A program made the position numbers and the translations under genes. 32,000 nucleotides of DNA from Crocosphaera subtropica ATCC 51142 (GTDB lineage Bacteria; Cyanobacteriota; Cyanobacteriia; Cyanobacteriales; Microcystaceae): positions 4,140,001 to 4,172,000 of the forward strand of contig NC_010546.1 in NCBI RefSeq assembly GCF_000017845.1. The letters are read 5' to 3'. Each line of letters starts with the position of its first letter. The stretch's first letter is position 1. Positions 1 through 9,479 of this stretch are shown piece by piece. Under the pieces are notes generated by a model. It was not told the DNA's origin. It saw only the letters and a list, made by a program, of their open reading frames with translations, and made no database searches.

Positions 1-1237
1 TGGTAGTATTTCGTTCAATAATTTTAGTAAAGACTTCCCCTAGGGTTTCGATACCCAGGGATAAAGGCGTTACATCTAATAATAAGACATCTTTCACTTC
101 ACCCCCTAATACACCCCCTTGAATAGCGGCCCCTAAAGCTACAGCTTCATCAGGATTAATCGACCGTTCCATTTGACTATTGGGGAAAACCTGCTGAATT
201 ACACGATGAATCGCTGGTATACGAGTTGATCCCCCCACTAAAACCACTTTTTCTAATTCTTCGGCTTCGAGTTCACAATCGTTGAGGGCTTGGGTTAAGG
301 GTTGTAGGGTGGCTTGGGCTAGGTCTTTGGTTAAGTCCTCAAACTGGGCGCGAGTTAGCTCTGTTTCTAGGTGTTTTGGGCCAGTATCATCGGCGGTTAT
401 AAAGGGAAGATTAATAGACGTGGTCAACATACTAGAAAGTTCGATTTTGGCTTTCTCGGCCGCTTCTCTCAGTCGTTGTAAGGCCATTTTATCGTGACTG
501 AGATCGATGTTTTCCTCTTGTTTAAAATTGTCGGCCATCCACTGTACGATGGCATTATCAAAGTCATCCCCTCCCAGATGATTATTGCCGGCGGTGGCTT
601 TGACTTCAAACACGCCATTTCCCAATTGTAAGATGGAAACGTCAAAGGTTCCGCCCCCTAAATCAAACACTAAGATATATTGTTCTTCATCTTGTTTATC
701 CAGACCATAGGCTAAAGCGGCCGCAGTCGGTTCATTGATAATTCTACGGACATCTAACCCGGCAATAGTGCCGGCATCTTTAGTTGCTTGTCGTTGGGCA
801 TCGGTAAAATAGGCAGGAACCGTGATTACAGCTTCGGTAACCGGTTCTCCTAAATAGTCTTCGGCATCTTTTTTTAACTTTTGTAATACCATTGAGGAAA
901 TTTCTTGGGAGGTGTAATGTTGCCCACGAATTTCCACATTAACCATCTCCTCTCGTCCCATGACACACTTATAGGGAACTCGCGATCGCTCTTCTTCTGT
1001 TTCGTCCCAACGTCGCCCAATAAATCGCTTAATACTGTAGATCGTATTTTCTGCATTAGTAACGGCCTGTCGTTTGGCTAACTGACCGACTAATCTTTGA
1101 TTGCCTTTCCCAAAGGCCACAATACTTGGTGTTGTTCTTCCCCCCTCGGCGTTGGGTATTACTATGGGTTTGCCCCCTTCCAAAACCGCTACACAGCTAT
1201 TTGTGGTTCCTAGGTCAATACCGATGACTTTTCCCAT
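1..1237 (-). CDS. dnaK: Chaperone DnaK/Hsp70, N-terminal ~412 codons (3' end lies beyond position 1)
   Basis: Absent from the ORF track only because no stop lies in the window. The reverse complement from 1237 reads ATG GGA AAA GTC ATC GGT ATT GAC CTA GGA ACC ACA = [12 protein letters not shown]. It stays open to position 1 through Hsp70 signatures ([36 protein letters not shown]). Confidence 0.96.
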   Translation of the reverse strand, partial: MGKVIGIDLGTTNSCVAVLEGGKPIVIPNAEGGRTTPSIVAFGKGNQRLVGQLAKRQAVTNAENTIYSIKRFIGRRWDETEEERSRVPYKCVMGREEMVNVEIRGQHYTSQEISSMVLQKLKKDAEDYLGEPVTEAVITVPAYFTDAQRQATKDAGTIAGLDVRRIINEPTAAALAYGLDKQDEEQYILVFDLGGGTFDVSILQLGNGVFEVKATAGNNHLGGDDFDNAIVQWMADNFKQEENIDLSHDKMALQRLREAAEKAKIELSSMLTTSINLPFITADDTGPKHLETELTRAQFEDLTKDLAQATLQPLTQALNDCELEAEELEKVVLVGGSTRIPAIHRVIQQVFPNSQMERSINPDEAVALGAAIQGGVLGGEVKDVLLLDVTPLSLGIETLGEVFTKIIERNTT

Positions 1238-1448
1238 AGCACTTATTTTTTTAAATAGTTCATCATTAATAAATTGGCTAAAAGTCACAGGAGATTTAAG
1301 AATAGCAACCAAGATTAAACCGATCGTTAATGGGTTACTGGATTGTTGTCTATTCCCTAGCCTGTAGCACTATGGTTCCTGCGACTTCTCCCCTTAATCT
1401 CTATATTACCCATTAATTTCCCTAGGGTTTTAGGGATAATTGCTTAAT

Positions 1449-2201
1449 TTACTCACCTGAGTTGGTTTCATCTGGGCTAGAACTTTCGGTTTCTTCGGGG
1501 GACTCTGTGGGTTTTTCTGCTGCTACTTTGACCATAGCATGGCGTAATACCTGATCTCCTAACATATAACCACGCATCAATTCTTCTATAACGGTTCCCT
1601 CTGGATATTCATCCGTGTATTCTCGTAACATGGCTTCATGATATAGGGGATCAAAAGGTTGACCTTCAGGACGCATGGGACTCACCCCTAGACGTTTTAG
1701 ACTATCTACTAGATTTTTGTAGACCCCTTGATAGCTTTTGTGAATAATGGCTTCTCCATCATTACTAGGGTTAATGGAGTTGCGGGCTCTCTCAAAGTTA
1801 TCTACGACGGACAATAATTCTCCAATGGTTCTACATTTAACCTGGGTTTCTAAGTCTTGTTTTTCTTTTGCAGTCCGTTTGCGATAGTTATCGAATTCCG
1901 CCGTCAGACGAATATGACTGTTTTTAAGCAAATCATACTGTTGGGCTTGTTCTTGTAGTTTGTTTTGTAGGGCTTCTAGTTGTTCAGTTAAGGCAGTAAT
2001 AGTGGCTTCTGGAGACTCTTCTTGAGAGGAAGTAGAAACCCCTGTTTCTACTTCCTCTTCAATGGTTCCATCAGTTGGAGGATTGGCGGTTGTTTCTGCT
2101 ACGGTTTCTGTTTCAACAGTTACAGAGGTGTCATCTGTTGATTCGACTTCAGGGGTTTCTATGTTTTTTTCTAGTTGCTGTTCGTTTTGTTGAGTAGACA
2201 T
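1449..2201 (-). CDS. grpE: Nucleotide-exchange factor GrpE with a ~75-aa acidic Glu/Thr-rich N-terminal extension
   Basis: 250-aa ORF. It has a coiled-coil segment ([23 protein letters not shown]), then GrpE-type motifs ([22 protein letters not shown]). It lies directly upstream of dnaK on the same strand. Confidence 0.93.
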   Translation of the reverse strand: MSTQQNEQQLEKNIETPEVESTDDTSVTVETETVAETTANPPTDGTIEEEVETGVSTSSQEESPEATITALTEQLEALQNKLQEQAQQYDLLKNSHIRLTAEFDNYRKRTAKEKQDLETQVKCRTIGELLSVVDNFERARNSINPSNDGEAIIHKSYQGVYKNLVDSLKRLGVSPMRPEGQPFDPLYHEAMLREYTDEYPEGTVIEELMRGYMLGDQVLRHAMVKVAAEKPTESPEETESSSPDETNSGE

Positions 2202-2533
2202 TCTGCTAAAATATATAACCCGTCTGTATAATAATCCTATCTTTTATTATATAGGGTAACTTGTCACAGTTTTAAATTGATAGTTCACTCATCAAAAAAA
2301 CTGCAACCTGTGAGTTTAAAGTACAATATGGCTGACTTAAACTACACCTATAGTTCAGCCTAATCTTCCACCACCTTAAGAACAGATGATGAAGTTAATT
2401 CTTCAATGTAAAATGTTTTTGATGCTTGATATCAATTAACTCAATTTTGTTGATAATCTTTTCTTATTACCTAAAATAAGTTGACCCCATCTAAAATTAT
2501 CATACATTGACTGATTTCTGAATCCAGTTGAAG

Positions 2534-3382
2534 CTAAGTTAAAGCTTGAGCTAATTGAGATAACTGTCGATGATTTAAAAAACGACGCAGAGTTTCAGCA
2601 ATATGATTCGGCTCTAAACTAACTAAAACATAGGGTAATTTAGCTGAAGCTAATTGTTGTAAAGCTTCACTAGACTTGATTTTATTTTCTTGGTCTAATT
2701 CAATATAATCACTATTTTGCTTTAATTCTTTAATAATAACAGGAGCTAAAGTACCATAAGAATGGTGAGGATTAGCAATTGCTTTTGACGCATTGTTTGT
2801 TACAATTTGCCAATTATCAATATTAGGAAAAAGCTGTCCTAGTTGAGTACATAATTGTTGCAAACTTTGGCGATTTTGCTCATTTGCTTTTTCTTGAAAT
2901 AAAGATAACATTTGTGTTAATAAATCTTTAACTTGAGCAAAAACATCCGTATTATTAGAATGCTCATCTTGATTCAAAATGTGATTAAGGTAGGCTTGAA
3001 GTTCGACAAACGAAGATTCTGCATCTTGAACAATTTTGTCAGCTTCTTCTGCATTGAGTCCAAAAGTCCCTTGCAGTTTCTCAATTAAATTCTGTAAAAC
3101 ATCGTATCCTTTTAAGAAAAGAGATTCTAGCTTTTGATCGGCAGAAATTCTATTTTCTCTGAGAATTTTAAATGAATCTTCTAAACGGTGAGCGATTTTC
3201 TGAATACTACTATAACCTAACATAGCTGCCCCCCCTTTAATAGAATGGGCTGCCCTAAACATTTCATTAAGTCGTTCTTGATCTTCAACCACAGCGGATA
3301 GTTCTAAAAGTCCAGCTTCTAAGGTTTCTAGATGTTCTTTGGCTTCTTCAATGAAATAACCCAATATTTTTTGCTGATCCAA
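2534..3382 (-). CDS. Stand-alone HPt (CheA-P1-like histidine phosphotransfer) domain protein with a ~170-aa uncharacterised C-terminal region
   Basis: The N-terminal ~110 aa read FIEEAKEHLETLEAGLLEL...MFRAAHSIKGGAAMLGY...IAHRLEDSF. This is the HPt four-helix-bundle signature with the phosphorylatable His in HSIKGGA. No kinase or receiver domain is present in the ORF. Confidence 0.8.
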   Translation of the reverse strand: MDQQKILGYFIEEAKEHLETLEAGLLELSAVVEDQERLNEMFRAAHSIKGGAAMLGYSSIQKIAHRLEDSFKILRENRISADQKLESLFLKGYDVLQNLIEKLQGTFGLNAEEADKIVQDAESSFVELQAYLNHILNQDEHSNNTDVFAQVKDLLTQMLSLFQEKANEQNRQSLQQLCTQLGQLFPNIDNWQIVTNNASKAIANPHHSYGTLAPVIIKELKQNSDYIELDQENKIKSSEALQQLASAKLPYVLVSLEPNHIAETLRRFLNHRQLSQLAQALT

Positions 3383-3712
3383 AATAGTTCCCCCCTATAT
3401 TTCATCAAATAGTTTTGACAGGCAATCCAATCCTTAAGCCTACGATTTTATGATTCCCTGAAATGATAAAAAAGTAACACAAGTTGGTTAAACTAAAGAC
3501 AAGATGTCAAGTCTGGCTACCTCTCATCGGAAAAATCGAGTGGTAAGGTCCACTGTTAAAAATTGTTGATACCAATCCTTAGATTTTTTTATATCTTAAG
3601 CCCCATTTGTCATAACAGCATTTATCCTAAAAGATAGAGCTAGTTTAGAAACGATTTTTCTAATTGCCCCATCTTATCTAAATTGGTTTATTTGTTGTTA
3701 AGTCGCGTGGTA

Positions 3713-4378
3713 ATGAAAGAGATAGAACGATACTATAGAGTGTTGGGATTAGAAGTTGGAGCTTCCCTCGACGAAATCAATCAAGCCTATCGAGACTTGG
3801 CTTTTATTTGGCATCCCGATCGCTTACCGAAAGACAATGAAAGATTGTTAGCCAAAGCGGTGGCAAAATTACAAGAAATTAATCATGCCCGTGAACAACT
3901 AAAAACCCATCAATTAGTGTCTCATCCCTCAAAAACTGTCTCTGTAAAGCGAGAAAGCCACTCTCCTTATCCCTACAGTCATTATCCTCAATCTCAAGCC
4001 CAACGCCCTTATTATCGTGATTGGAGTGGGGCTGATTTAAAAGGGGCTAACTTAAAAGAAAAGGATCTCTCTGGACGTAAGTTAATTCAAGCGGATTTAA
4101 GTTACGCTGATCTTAGTGATAGTTTTTTACATAAAATTAATTTAGAAGGGGCAAATCTATTTCGGGCGAATCTGTTTCGAGCGAATTTGTTACGGGCTAA
4201 TTTGAGATGTGCTAATCTACAACAGGTTAATTTAGTCGGGGCTGATCTCAGTGGGGCTGATCTCAGTGGGGCTGATCTCAGTGGGGCCAAAGTGGGATCA
4301 GGTAATCGAATTATGGTGAAATTAACCGGAACTATTCTTAGAGGGGCTATTTTACCAGATGGTAGTGTACATCATTGA
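3713..4378 (+). CDS. J-domain (DnaJ-like) protein fused to a pentapeptide-repeat domain
   Basis: Preferred start is ATG 3713 (MKEIERYYRVLGLEVGASLDEINQAYRDLAFIWHPDR, with the HPD motif). The ORF-track start at 3683 is a TTG 10 codons upstream. The C-terminal half is A(D/N)LxX pentapeptide repeats (ANLFRANLFRANLLRANLRCANLQQVNLVGADLSGADLSGADLSGAKV). Confidence 0.86.
   Translation: MKEIERYYRVLGLEVGASLDEINQAYRDLAFIWHPDRLPKDNERLLAKAVAKLQEINHAREQLKTHQLVSHPSKTVSVKRESHSPYPYSHYPQSQAQRPYYRDWSGADLKGANLKEKDLSGRKLIQADLSYADLSDSFLHKINLEGANLFRANLFRANLLRANLRCANLQQVNLVGADLSGADLSGADLSGAKVGSGNRIMVKLTGTILRGAILPDGSVHH
4238..4287 (+). repeat. Perfect 15-bp tandem repeat GGGGCTGATCTCAGT x3 (plus a 5-bp partial fourth copy) inside the pentapeptide-repeat CDS
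   Basis: Units at 4238-4252, 4253-4267 and 4268-4282 are identical at the nucleotide level. Each encodes one GADLS pentapeptide in frame. Confidence 0.95.
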
Positions 4379-4408
4379 AATTTAGAATTTATTTAGAACA
4401 TGCAATAA

Positions 4409-4434
4409 TAAGGGCATCATAGATTATGCCCTTA
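4409..4434. terminator. Hairpin between convergent genes (J-domain protein and leuA), a putative bidirectional terminator
   Basis: TAAGGGCAT (4409-4417) pairs perfectly with ATGCCCTTA (4426-4434), giving a 9-bp stem and an 8-nt loop. It sits in the 70-nt gap between two converging stop codons. No long T-tract is present. Confidence 0.5.
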
Positions 4435-4448
4435 AGACCAACTAAAAT

Positions 4449-6062
4449 TTAGTTTTTAGAGGTTAAAACAGGTTCAGAAGGGTGTACTTTGGTTTGTTCT
4501 TGAATCGCCCCATAAAGCCGATTTAATGCGCTAATATAAGCACGAGCCGAAGCAGTTATAATATCTGTATTAGCTGCATAGCCTGAGTAAATACGTCCTT
4601 CATGACGTAACCGAATAGTAACTTCTCCCATTGCATCAATACCAGCAGTAACCGACTTAACGGAGAACTCAATCAACTCATTGGGAACATTGACAACTCG
4701 GTTAATGGCTTTATAAACTGCATCTACAGGACCAGTCCCAATGGCAGCATCGGTTAATTCTTTTCCTTCAGGGGTTCTCAGGGTAACAGTAGCTGTAGGA
4801 GCAGAATGATCACCACAGGATACTTGTACTAACTCTAAACGAAATAATTCGGGGGCTTGTTGAATTTCATCGTTAACAATGGCTTCTAAGTCCCAGTCGG
4901 TGATCTCTTTTTTCTTATCAGCTACTTCTTTAAACCGCAAAAAAGCGTTATTCAAGTCTCTTTCTGACAATTCAAAACCTAATTCATCTAAACGGGTACG
5001 AAACGCATTCCGTCCTGAGAGTTTACCCAGTACAATTTGATTATTAGTTAACCCGATGGACTCTGCATCCATGATTTCGTAGGTTAACTTATTTTTGAGA
5101 ACGCCGTCTTGATGGATACCGGACTCGTGAGCAAAAGCATTTGCTCCGACAATGGCTTTATTGGGTTGTACAATCATCCCAGTTAGGTTAGACACCAGAC
5201 GGGAGGTTTTATAGATTTCTTTGGTATTAATATTAGTTAAGGGTTCCATTGAATCAACGGGACGACCCAAGAAGGGGTTAAAATATTGACGGCGCACATG
5301 AAGAGCCATTACCAACTCTTCTAGGGCGGCATTCCCTGCCCGTTCTCCAATGCCATTAATGGTGCATTCTAGCTGTCTGGCTCCATTTTTCAGCGCTTCG
5401 AGGAAGTTAGCCACTGCTAACCCTAAGTCGTCGTGTCCATGAACGGAAATGATAGCTTGGTCAATGTTAGGTACATTATCTTTAATGCCTTTAATCAAGG
5501 CACCGAACTCGCTAGGGGTGGTATAACCTACGGTGTCGGGAATGTTTACCGTGGTTGCACCTGCTGCGATCGCTGTTTCTAAGACCTGATACATAAATTC
5601 AGGATCACTACGGCCGGCATCTTCTGGGGAAAATTCTACATCATCAGTAAAGGTTTTCGCATAAGCTACCATTTCTGGAACAATAGCTAAAACTTCTTGC
5701 CGTGTCTTTTTCAGCTTATGTTTGAGATGGATGTCAGAGGTGGCAATAAAGGTATGAATACGAGATTTAAAAGCTGGTTTTAAGGCTTCTCCTGCTGCTT
5801 TAATGTCGTTTTTTGTGGCTCTAGCTAAACCGCAAATTCTTGGACCACTTTCGTTACCAACGGTTTTGGCAATTTTTTGAACTGCTTCAAAATCTCCTGG
5901 GCTGGCATAGGGAAAGCCGGCTTCAATGATATCAACCCCAAGTCGTGCTAATGCGCGAGCAATAGTCAGTTTTTCTTCAACCGTTAAACTAGCACCTGGG
6001 GACTGTTCTCCGTCTCTAAGGGTAGTATCAAAGATGATAATGTGATCGGGTTGATTGCTCAT
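4449..6062 (-). CDS. leuA: 2-isopropylmalate synthase
   Basis: 537-aa ORF. It contains [38 protein letters not shown] and a C-terminal LeuA dimerisation/regulatory region. Confidence 0.96.
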   Translation of the reverse strand: MSNQPDHIIIFDTTLRDGEQSPGASLTVEEKLTIARALARLGVDIIEAGFPYASPGDFEAVQKIAKTVGNESGPRICGLARATKNDIKAAGEALKPAFKSRIHTFIATSDIHLKHKLKKTRQEVLAIVPEMVAYAKTFTDDVEFSPEDAGRSDPEFMYQVLETAIAAGATTVNIPDTVGYTTPSEFGALIKGIKDNVPNIDQAIISVHGHDDLGLAVANFLEALKNGARQLECTINGIGERAGNAALEELVMALHVRRQYFNPFLGRPVDSMEPLTNINTKEIYKTSRLVSNLTGMIVQPNKAIVGANAFAHESGIHQDGVLKNKLTYEIMDAESIGLTNNQIVLGKLSGRNAFRTRLDELGFELSERDLNNAFLRFKEVADKKKEITDWDLEAIVNDEIQQAPELFRLELVQVSCGDHSAPTATVTLRTPEGKELTDAAIGTGPVDAVYKAINRVVNVPNELIEFSVKSVTAGIDAMGEVTIRLRHEGRIYSGYAANTDIITASARAYISALNRLYGAIQEQTKVHPSEPVLTSKN

Positions 6063-6445
6063 AGGAAGGACTTAAGGGGATTTCATCAACGATAAAATTT
6101 CTATTTTCTTATTATATCTTAGCCTCCCTTGCATTAGTTGAAAAACAATCTAATGATTCTTCTGCTGCTATCATTCCACAGACAAGGTATATTCCTACAA
6201 CCGTTGAACATTTCTCAGAAAGAGAATTAATTAAAGATAACCAAATATGAAGCACTACAATTAATACTGTGAAAATTAAATTAATACTTTGACTCTTACT
6301 ATTAATGGGTTTTATTTCTATATATTTCCATTAATTTTTGCTAAGAATCGATACACTATCCCTTAAGTTTGGGACTGACATCACAATTCAATATTTATAC
6401 TATAGACCATAACAACGATTTAATTATAAACAAGGAGCGTCTATT

Positions 6446-6760
6446 ATGAATATTAATCCTAAAAATCTTTTGATTGCAACCTTTGTGATGGGAACCGCTT
6501 TCCTTCCTTTTTCCCAGGTTAATGCAGGAACAGTTGTTAATGGAACCGATAATAGTATCTTGTGTAAAGGTTCAAAATCTTGCACCCATTTAAAAGCTTA
6601 TTGTGATGCAGAAGGGGGTACTTATACACCAGCAGACGAATACGGAAAATGTCGTTTACCCAATCAAACTCAAGGAACAAATACCTTTCGGATTCCTGCT
6701 TCTTTATCCACTCCAGTTAATGTAACTCCTGCTAGAACAGTTACCCCTAACAGACGTTAA
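6446..6760 (+). CDS. Small secreted protein with four Cys, function unknown
   Basis: AGGAG Shine-Dalgarno 8 nt upstream of the ATG. The N-terminus MNINPKNLLIATFVMGTAFLPFSQVNA|G looks like a Sec signal peptide. The mature part has Cys at residues 40, 46, 53 and 69 and a Thr/Pro/Asn-rich tail. Confidence 0.6.
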   Translation: MNINPKNLLIATFVMGTAFLPFSQVNAGTVVNGTDNSILCKGSKSCTHLKAYCDAEGGTYTPADEYGKCRLPNQTQGTNTFRIPASLSTPVNVTPARTVTPNRR

Positions 6761-6791
6761 TATTAATGTCAGAAATAGATAGGAAAGTTTA

Positions 6792-6821
6792 TGTAGAGAT
6801 GTTTGCTTAAATATCTCTACA
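6792..6821. terminator. Hairpin between convergent genes (small secreted ORF and the fructosamine-kinase-family gene)
   Basis: TGTAGAGAT (6792-6800) pairs with ATCTCTACA (6813-6821), giving a 9-bp perfect stem and a 12-nt loop. Confidence 0.4.
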
Positions 6822-6881
6822 ATTATGTTTAGTCGTAATAATTCATAACTATTCCCCGTTCTCTGTTACCTTAAAAAATAT

Positions 6882-7748
6882 CTAACTTTTTAATACTTCT
6901 TGAATCATATAATTAGCCTGAGAACCATAACCACCTCCAAACAAATTATAATGATTTAAAATATGATAAAGATTGTACAAAGTTTTTCGTTTTTTATACC
7001 CTTCATCTAAGGGGAAAACCTCATTATATCCCCGATAAAATGGAGCTGGAAACCCCCCAAATAGTTCAGTCATGGCGATATCAACCTCTCGATCGCCGTA
7101 ATAGGTAGCAGGATCTAATATAACCGGTTCTCCTGCTTCTGTTACTGCTGCATTTCCTGACCATAAATCACCGTGGACTAAAGAAGGTTGAGGATGAATT
7201 GTTGATAAAATATCTCTTACTTTTTCTACAATTTGACTATAGTTACCGAAATTTCCTCCCTTTCTTGATGCTAATTTTAACTGAAACCCAATACGATGAT
7301 CTGCAAAAAAGTCAGACCACTTTTCTGTCCAATTATTGACTTGTGGTGTTGAACCAATCGTATTATTTTGACTCCAGCCAAACTTACTTTGTCCTTGGTA
7401 TTGGTGCATGTTTGCAAGATTTCTTCCCATTAAGTCCCAAGAATCTTTAGAAGAACGACCAAATTCTAGCCATTCTAAAACAATGTAACTAGAGCGTTCT
7501 GTCATTCCCCAACAGATGGGTTTAGGCACTCGAATGGTTTGAGTTTCTGCCATTTCTTTTAGTCCCAATGCTTCGGCCGTAAACATTTCTACTTGAGACG
7601 CATGGTTGATTTTTACGAAGTATTTAGTATCTTCTCCAATCAGACAATAACCTTGATTAATACAGCCTCCACTCACTGATTTTTGACTTTCAATGGTGAA
7701 AGATTTTCCTGTTGCTTGACTGATATGTTCAGAAATTTGTGTCCACAT
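6882..7748 (-). CDS. Fructosamine/ketosamine-3-kinase family protein
   Basis: 288 aa. It carries the family-typical motifs LVHGDLWSGN and DPATYYGDREVDIAM, and shows a protein-kinase-like fold pattern. Confidence 0.88.
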   Translation of the reverse strand: MWTQISEHISQATGKSFTIESQKSVSGGCINQGYCLIGEDTKYFVKINHASQVEMFTAEALGLKEMAETQTIRVPKPICWGMTERSSYIVLEWLEFGRSSKDSWDLMGRNLANMHQYQGQSKFGWSQNNTIGSTPQVNNWTEKWSDFFADHRIGFQLKLASRKGGNFGNYSQIVEKVRDILSTIHPQPSLVHGDLWSGNAAVTEAGEPVILDPATYYGDREVDIAMTELFGGFPAPFYRGYNEVFPLDEGYKKRKTLYNLYHILNHYNLFGGGYGSQANYMIQEVLKS

Positions 7749-7817
7749 TATCTTTATTCTTAATTATTAACAAGTTTACAGTTTAGAATCAAAGAAAAAT
7801 AATTGCCAATCAATCAA

Positions 7818-9113
7818 TCAATTACAATTTTTCACTATTGTTACTCCGTAAGCATTCAGATTAAGATACTTTTGTGCTGCTTTTTGAATATCATTTAAGG
7901 TTAAAGATTGGATGATTTGAGGATAAGATAAAGCCATGTTTATATCCTGCATTTGAGAATAATAATATCCGTAAAGATTAGTGCGATCGCTTGGCCGTTC
8001 ATTATTAAAAATAAAGCGATTAATCGCTTGTCTTTTGATACGATTTAACTCTTCTTCTTTGATAGATTCTTTTTGAATTTTATGCAAATGTTGAATAATT
8101 ATTTTTTCGACCTCTGTAATATTATCTTTTGATAATTTAGCAGCTACATAAAACATTCCTTGAACTTTTTGAGTCATATTACTAACACTAATTTGAGACA
8201 CCAATCCCTTATCTTCTCGTAAATCTTGAAATAAACGAGAGGTTTTTCCTTTCCCTAAAATAGAGGCTAAAACATCCAACGCATAAGTCTCATTTAACTC
8301 CAAAAACCCCGGTACTTTCCACATCATAATTAACCGTGCTTGTTGCAGTTGATCATCTTCATATTCTTGGCGTATAATGTCTTGAAATGGTAACTCAGGA
8401 ACAGTAGGGAATTTTAAAGCCTTAAAAGTATCCGAAATCGTTTGTTTAGCGTAATAAGTCTGCTCAAAACTATTAGCAACAGTCTCAACTAATTCTTCAA
8501 CAGGAAGATTTCCTACTGCTACTGCTGTAACTGACGTGGGATGATAACAACTACCATGAAACTCACGCATTTGTTGAGAAGTTAACCCTTCAATAACTGA
8601 TGCTGGACCCAAGACGGGACGACGATAAGGTAAGCTTTCAAAACAAGTCTCCATCGCTCGATAAAAGGTACGACGGTTAGGATTATCATGAGAACGTCTA
8701 ATTTCTTCTAAAACAACTAATTTTTCTCGTTCAAATGCCCCATTCTCAATCATAGGATTGAAGACAACATCTAACTGTAACGGCACTAGCTCCGCAAAAT
8801 CTGGAGGTGCGCTGGTAACATAAAAATGGGTGTATTCTTGAGAAGTAGCTGCATTAGTAACCGCACCTTTTTGTTCAATCCGTTGCTCAAATTCTCCACT
8901 TTTCAACTTAGGTGTCCCTTTAAAGACCATATGTTCGAGAAAATGAGCCATTCCGTTGATATCATTGGACTCTAAAGCTGACCCTACCCTAAGCCATACA
9001 TTAAGGTTAACCGCTTCAACAGGCATTTGCTCAGCAATAATTGTTAATCCATTGTCTAGATTAACAATAGTGGGTGCATGGGTAGCTGATGAATCAAGGA
9101 CGGAAGAAAGCAT
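7818..9113 (-). CDS. M16 (pitrilysin-family) zinc peptidase / processing protease
   Basis: 431 aa. The inverted zinc-binding motif HFLEHMVFKGT (HxxEH) lies near the N-terminus, followed by an M16 C-terminal-type domain. Confidence 0.9.
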   Translation of the reverse strand: MLSSVLDSSATHAPTIVNLDNGLTIIAEQMPVEAVNLNVWLRVGSALESNDINGMAHFLEHMVFKGTPKLKSGEFEQRIEQKGAVTNAATSQEYTHFYVTSAPPDFAELVPLQLDVVFNPMIENGAFEREKLVVLEEIRRSHDNPNRRTFYRAMETCFESLPYRRPVLGPASVIEGLTSQQMREFHGSCYHPTSVTAVAVGNLPVEELVETVANSFEQTYYAKQTISDTFKALKFPTVPELPFQDIIRQEYEDDQLQQARLIMMWKVPGFLELNETYALDVLASILGKGKTSRLFQDLREDKGLVSQISVSNMTQKVQGMFYVAAKLSKDNITEVEKIIIQHLHKIQKESIKEEELNRIKRQAINRFIFNNERPSDRTNLYGYYYSQMQDINMALSYPQIIQSLTLNDIQKAAQKYLNLNAYGVTIVKNCN

Positions 9114-9244
9114 ATAATAATCTTAATTAAGTCTGCTAATTCCATCTTACATGGCAAGTTGGCCATGACAACCAACTTCAATCCCTACTAAATTTTCGTT
9201 TTATAATTGAAATGGTTTAACAATCAAAAAATTAAGAACTTATC

Positions 9245-9415
9245 ATGAATAAAATTGTTAATAACACCTTACGCTTTATTAACCTTTGGGCAAAAATGGA
9301 AATAATAGCAGCTTTGGTCTTAACTGTGATCATTTTAGGATATGCTGTTTTTCCTAAAAGCAGTCAAACTAGAACCCAGTCTCCTAATGAGGTTCCTTCA
9401 ACCATACAGCGATAA
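9245..9415 (+). CDS. Possible 56-aa single-pass membrane protein, below the ORF-track length cut-off
   Basis: Hand translation gives MNKIVNNTLRFINLWAKMEIIAALVLTVIILGYAVFPKSSQTRTQSPNEVPSTIQR*. It has one clear hydrophobic helix. No obvious SD is present, and it lies in the 660-nt gap upstream of rplC. Confidence 0.3.
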   Translation: MNKIVNNTLRFINLWAKMEIIAALVLTVIILGYAVFPKSSQTRTQSPNEVPSTIQR

Positions 9416-9452
9416 CCGCTTTGGCTGACAACTCCCTTCAAAAAAAATCAGC

Positions 9453-9479
9453 TTGACCCTTGCTTTTTATACTTAATAT
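9453..9479 (+). promoter_or_regulatory. Candidate sigma70-type promoter for the rplC cluster
   Basis: TTGACC (9453-9458) followed by TAATAT (9474-9479). The spacer is only 15 nt, so the call is weak. Confidence 0.2.

Noticed and set aside
282-1367. Three short ORFs (282-497 +, 874-1056 -, 1101-1367 +) from the track
   Set aside because: All overlap the uninterrupted dnaK reading frame on the minus strand (1-1237) in other frames, and none has a recognisable motif.
2202-2533. Searched the grpE upstream region for a CIRCE (TTAGCACTC-N9-GAGTGCTAA) heat-shock operator
   Set aside because: No inverted repeat resembling CIRCE is present. Only weak partial matches occur (AGTTCACTC ... GTGAGTTT) with the wrong spacing and symmetry.
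4102-4290. 62-aa minus-strand ORF reading APLRSAPLRSAPLRS
   Set aside because: It is the antisense image of the pentapeptide-repeat DNA. Its periodicity simply mirrors the 15-bp repeats of the plus-strand gene.
6063-6445. Looked for a leucine leader peptide/attenuator or T-box upstream of leuA (minus strand)
   Set aside because: I found no short ORF with consecutive Leu codons, no terminator/antiterminator pair, and no T-box-like specifier architecture. The region is simply AT-rich.
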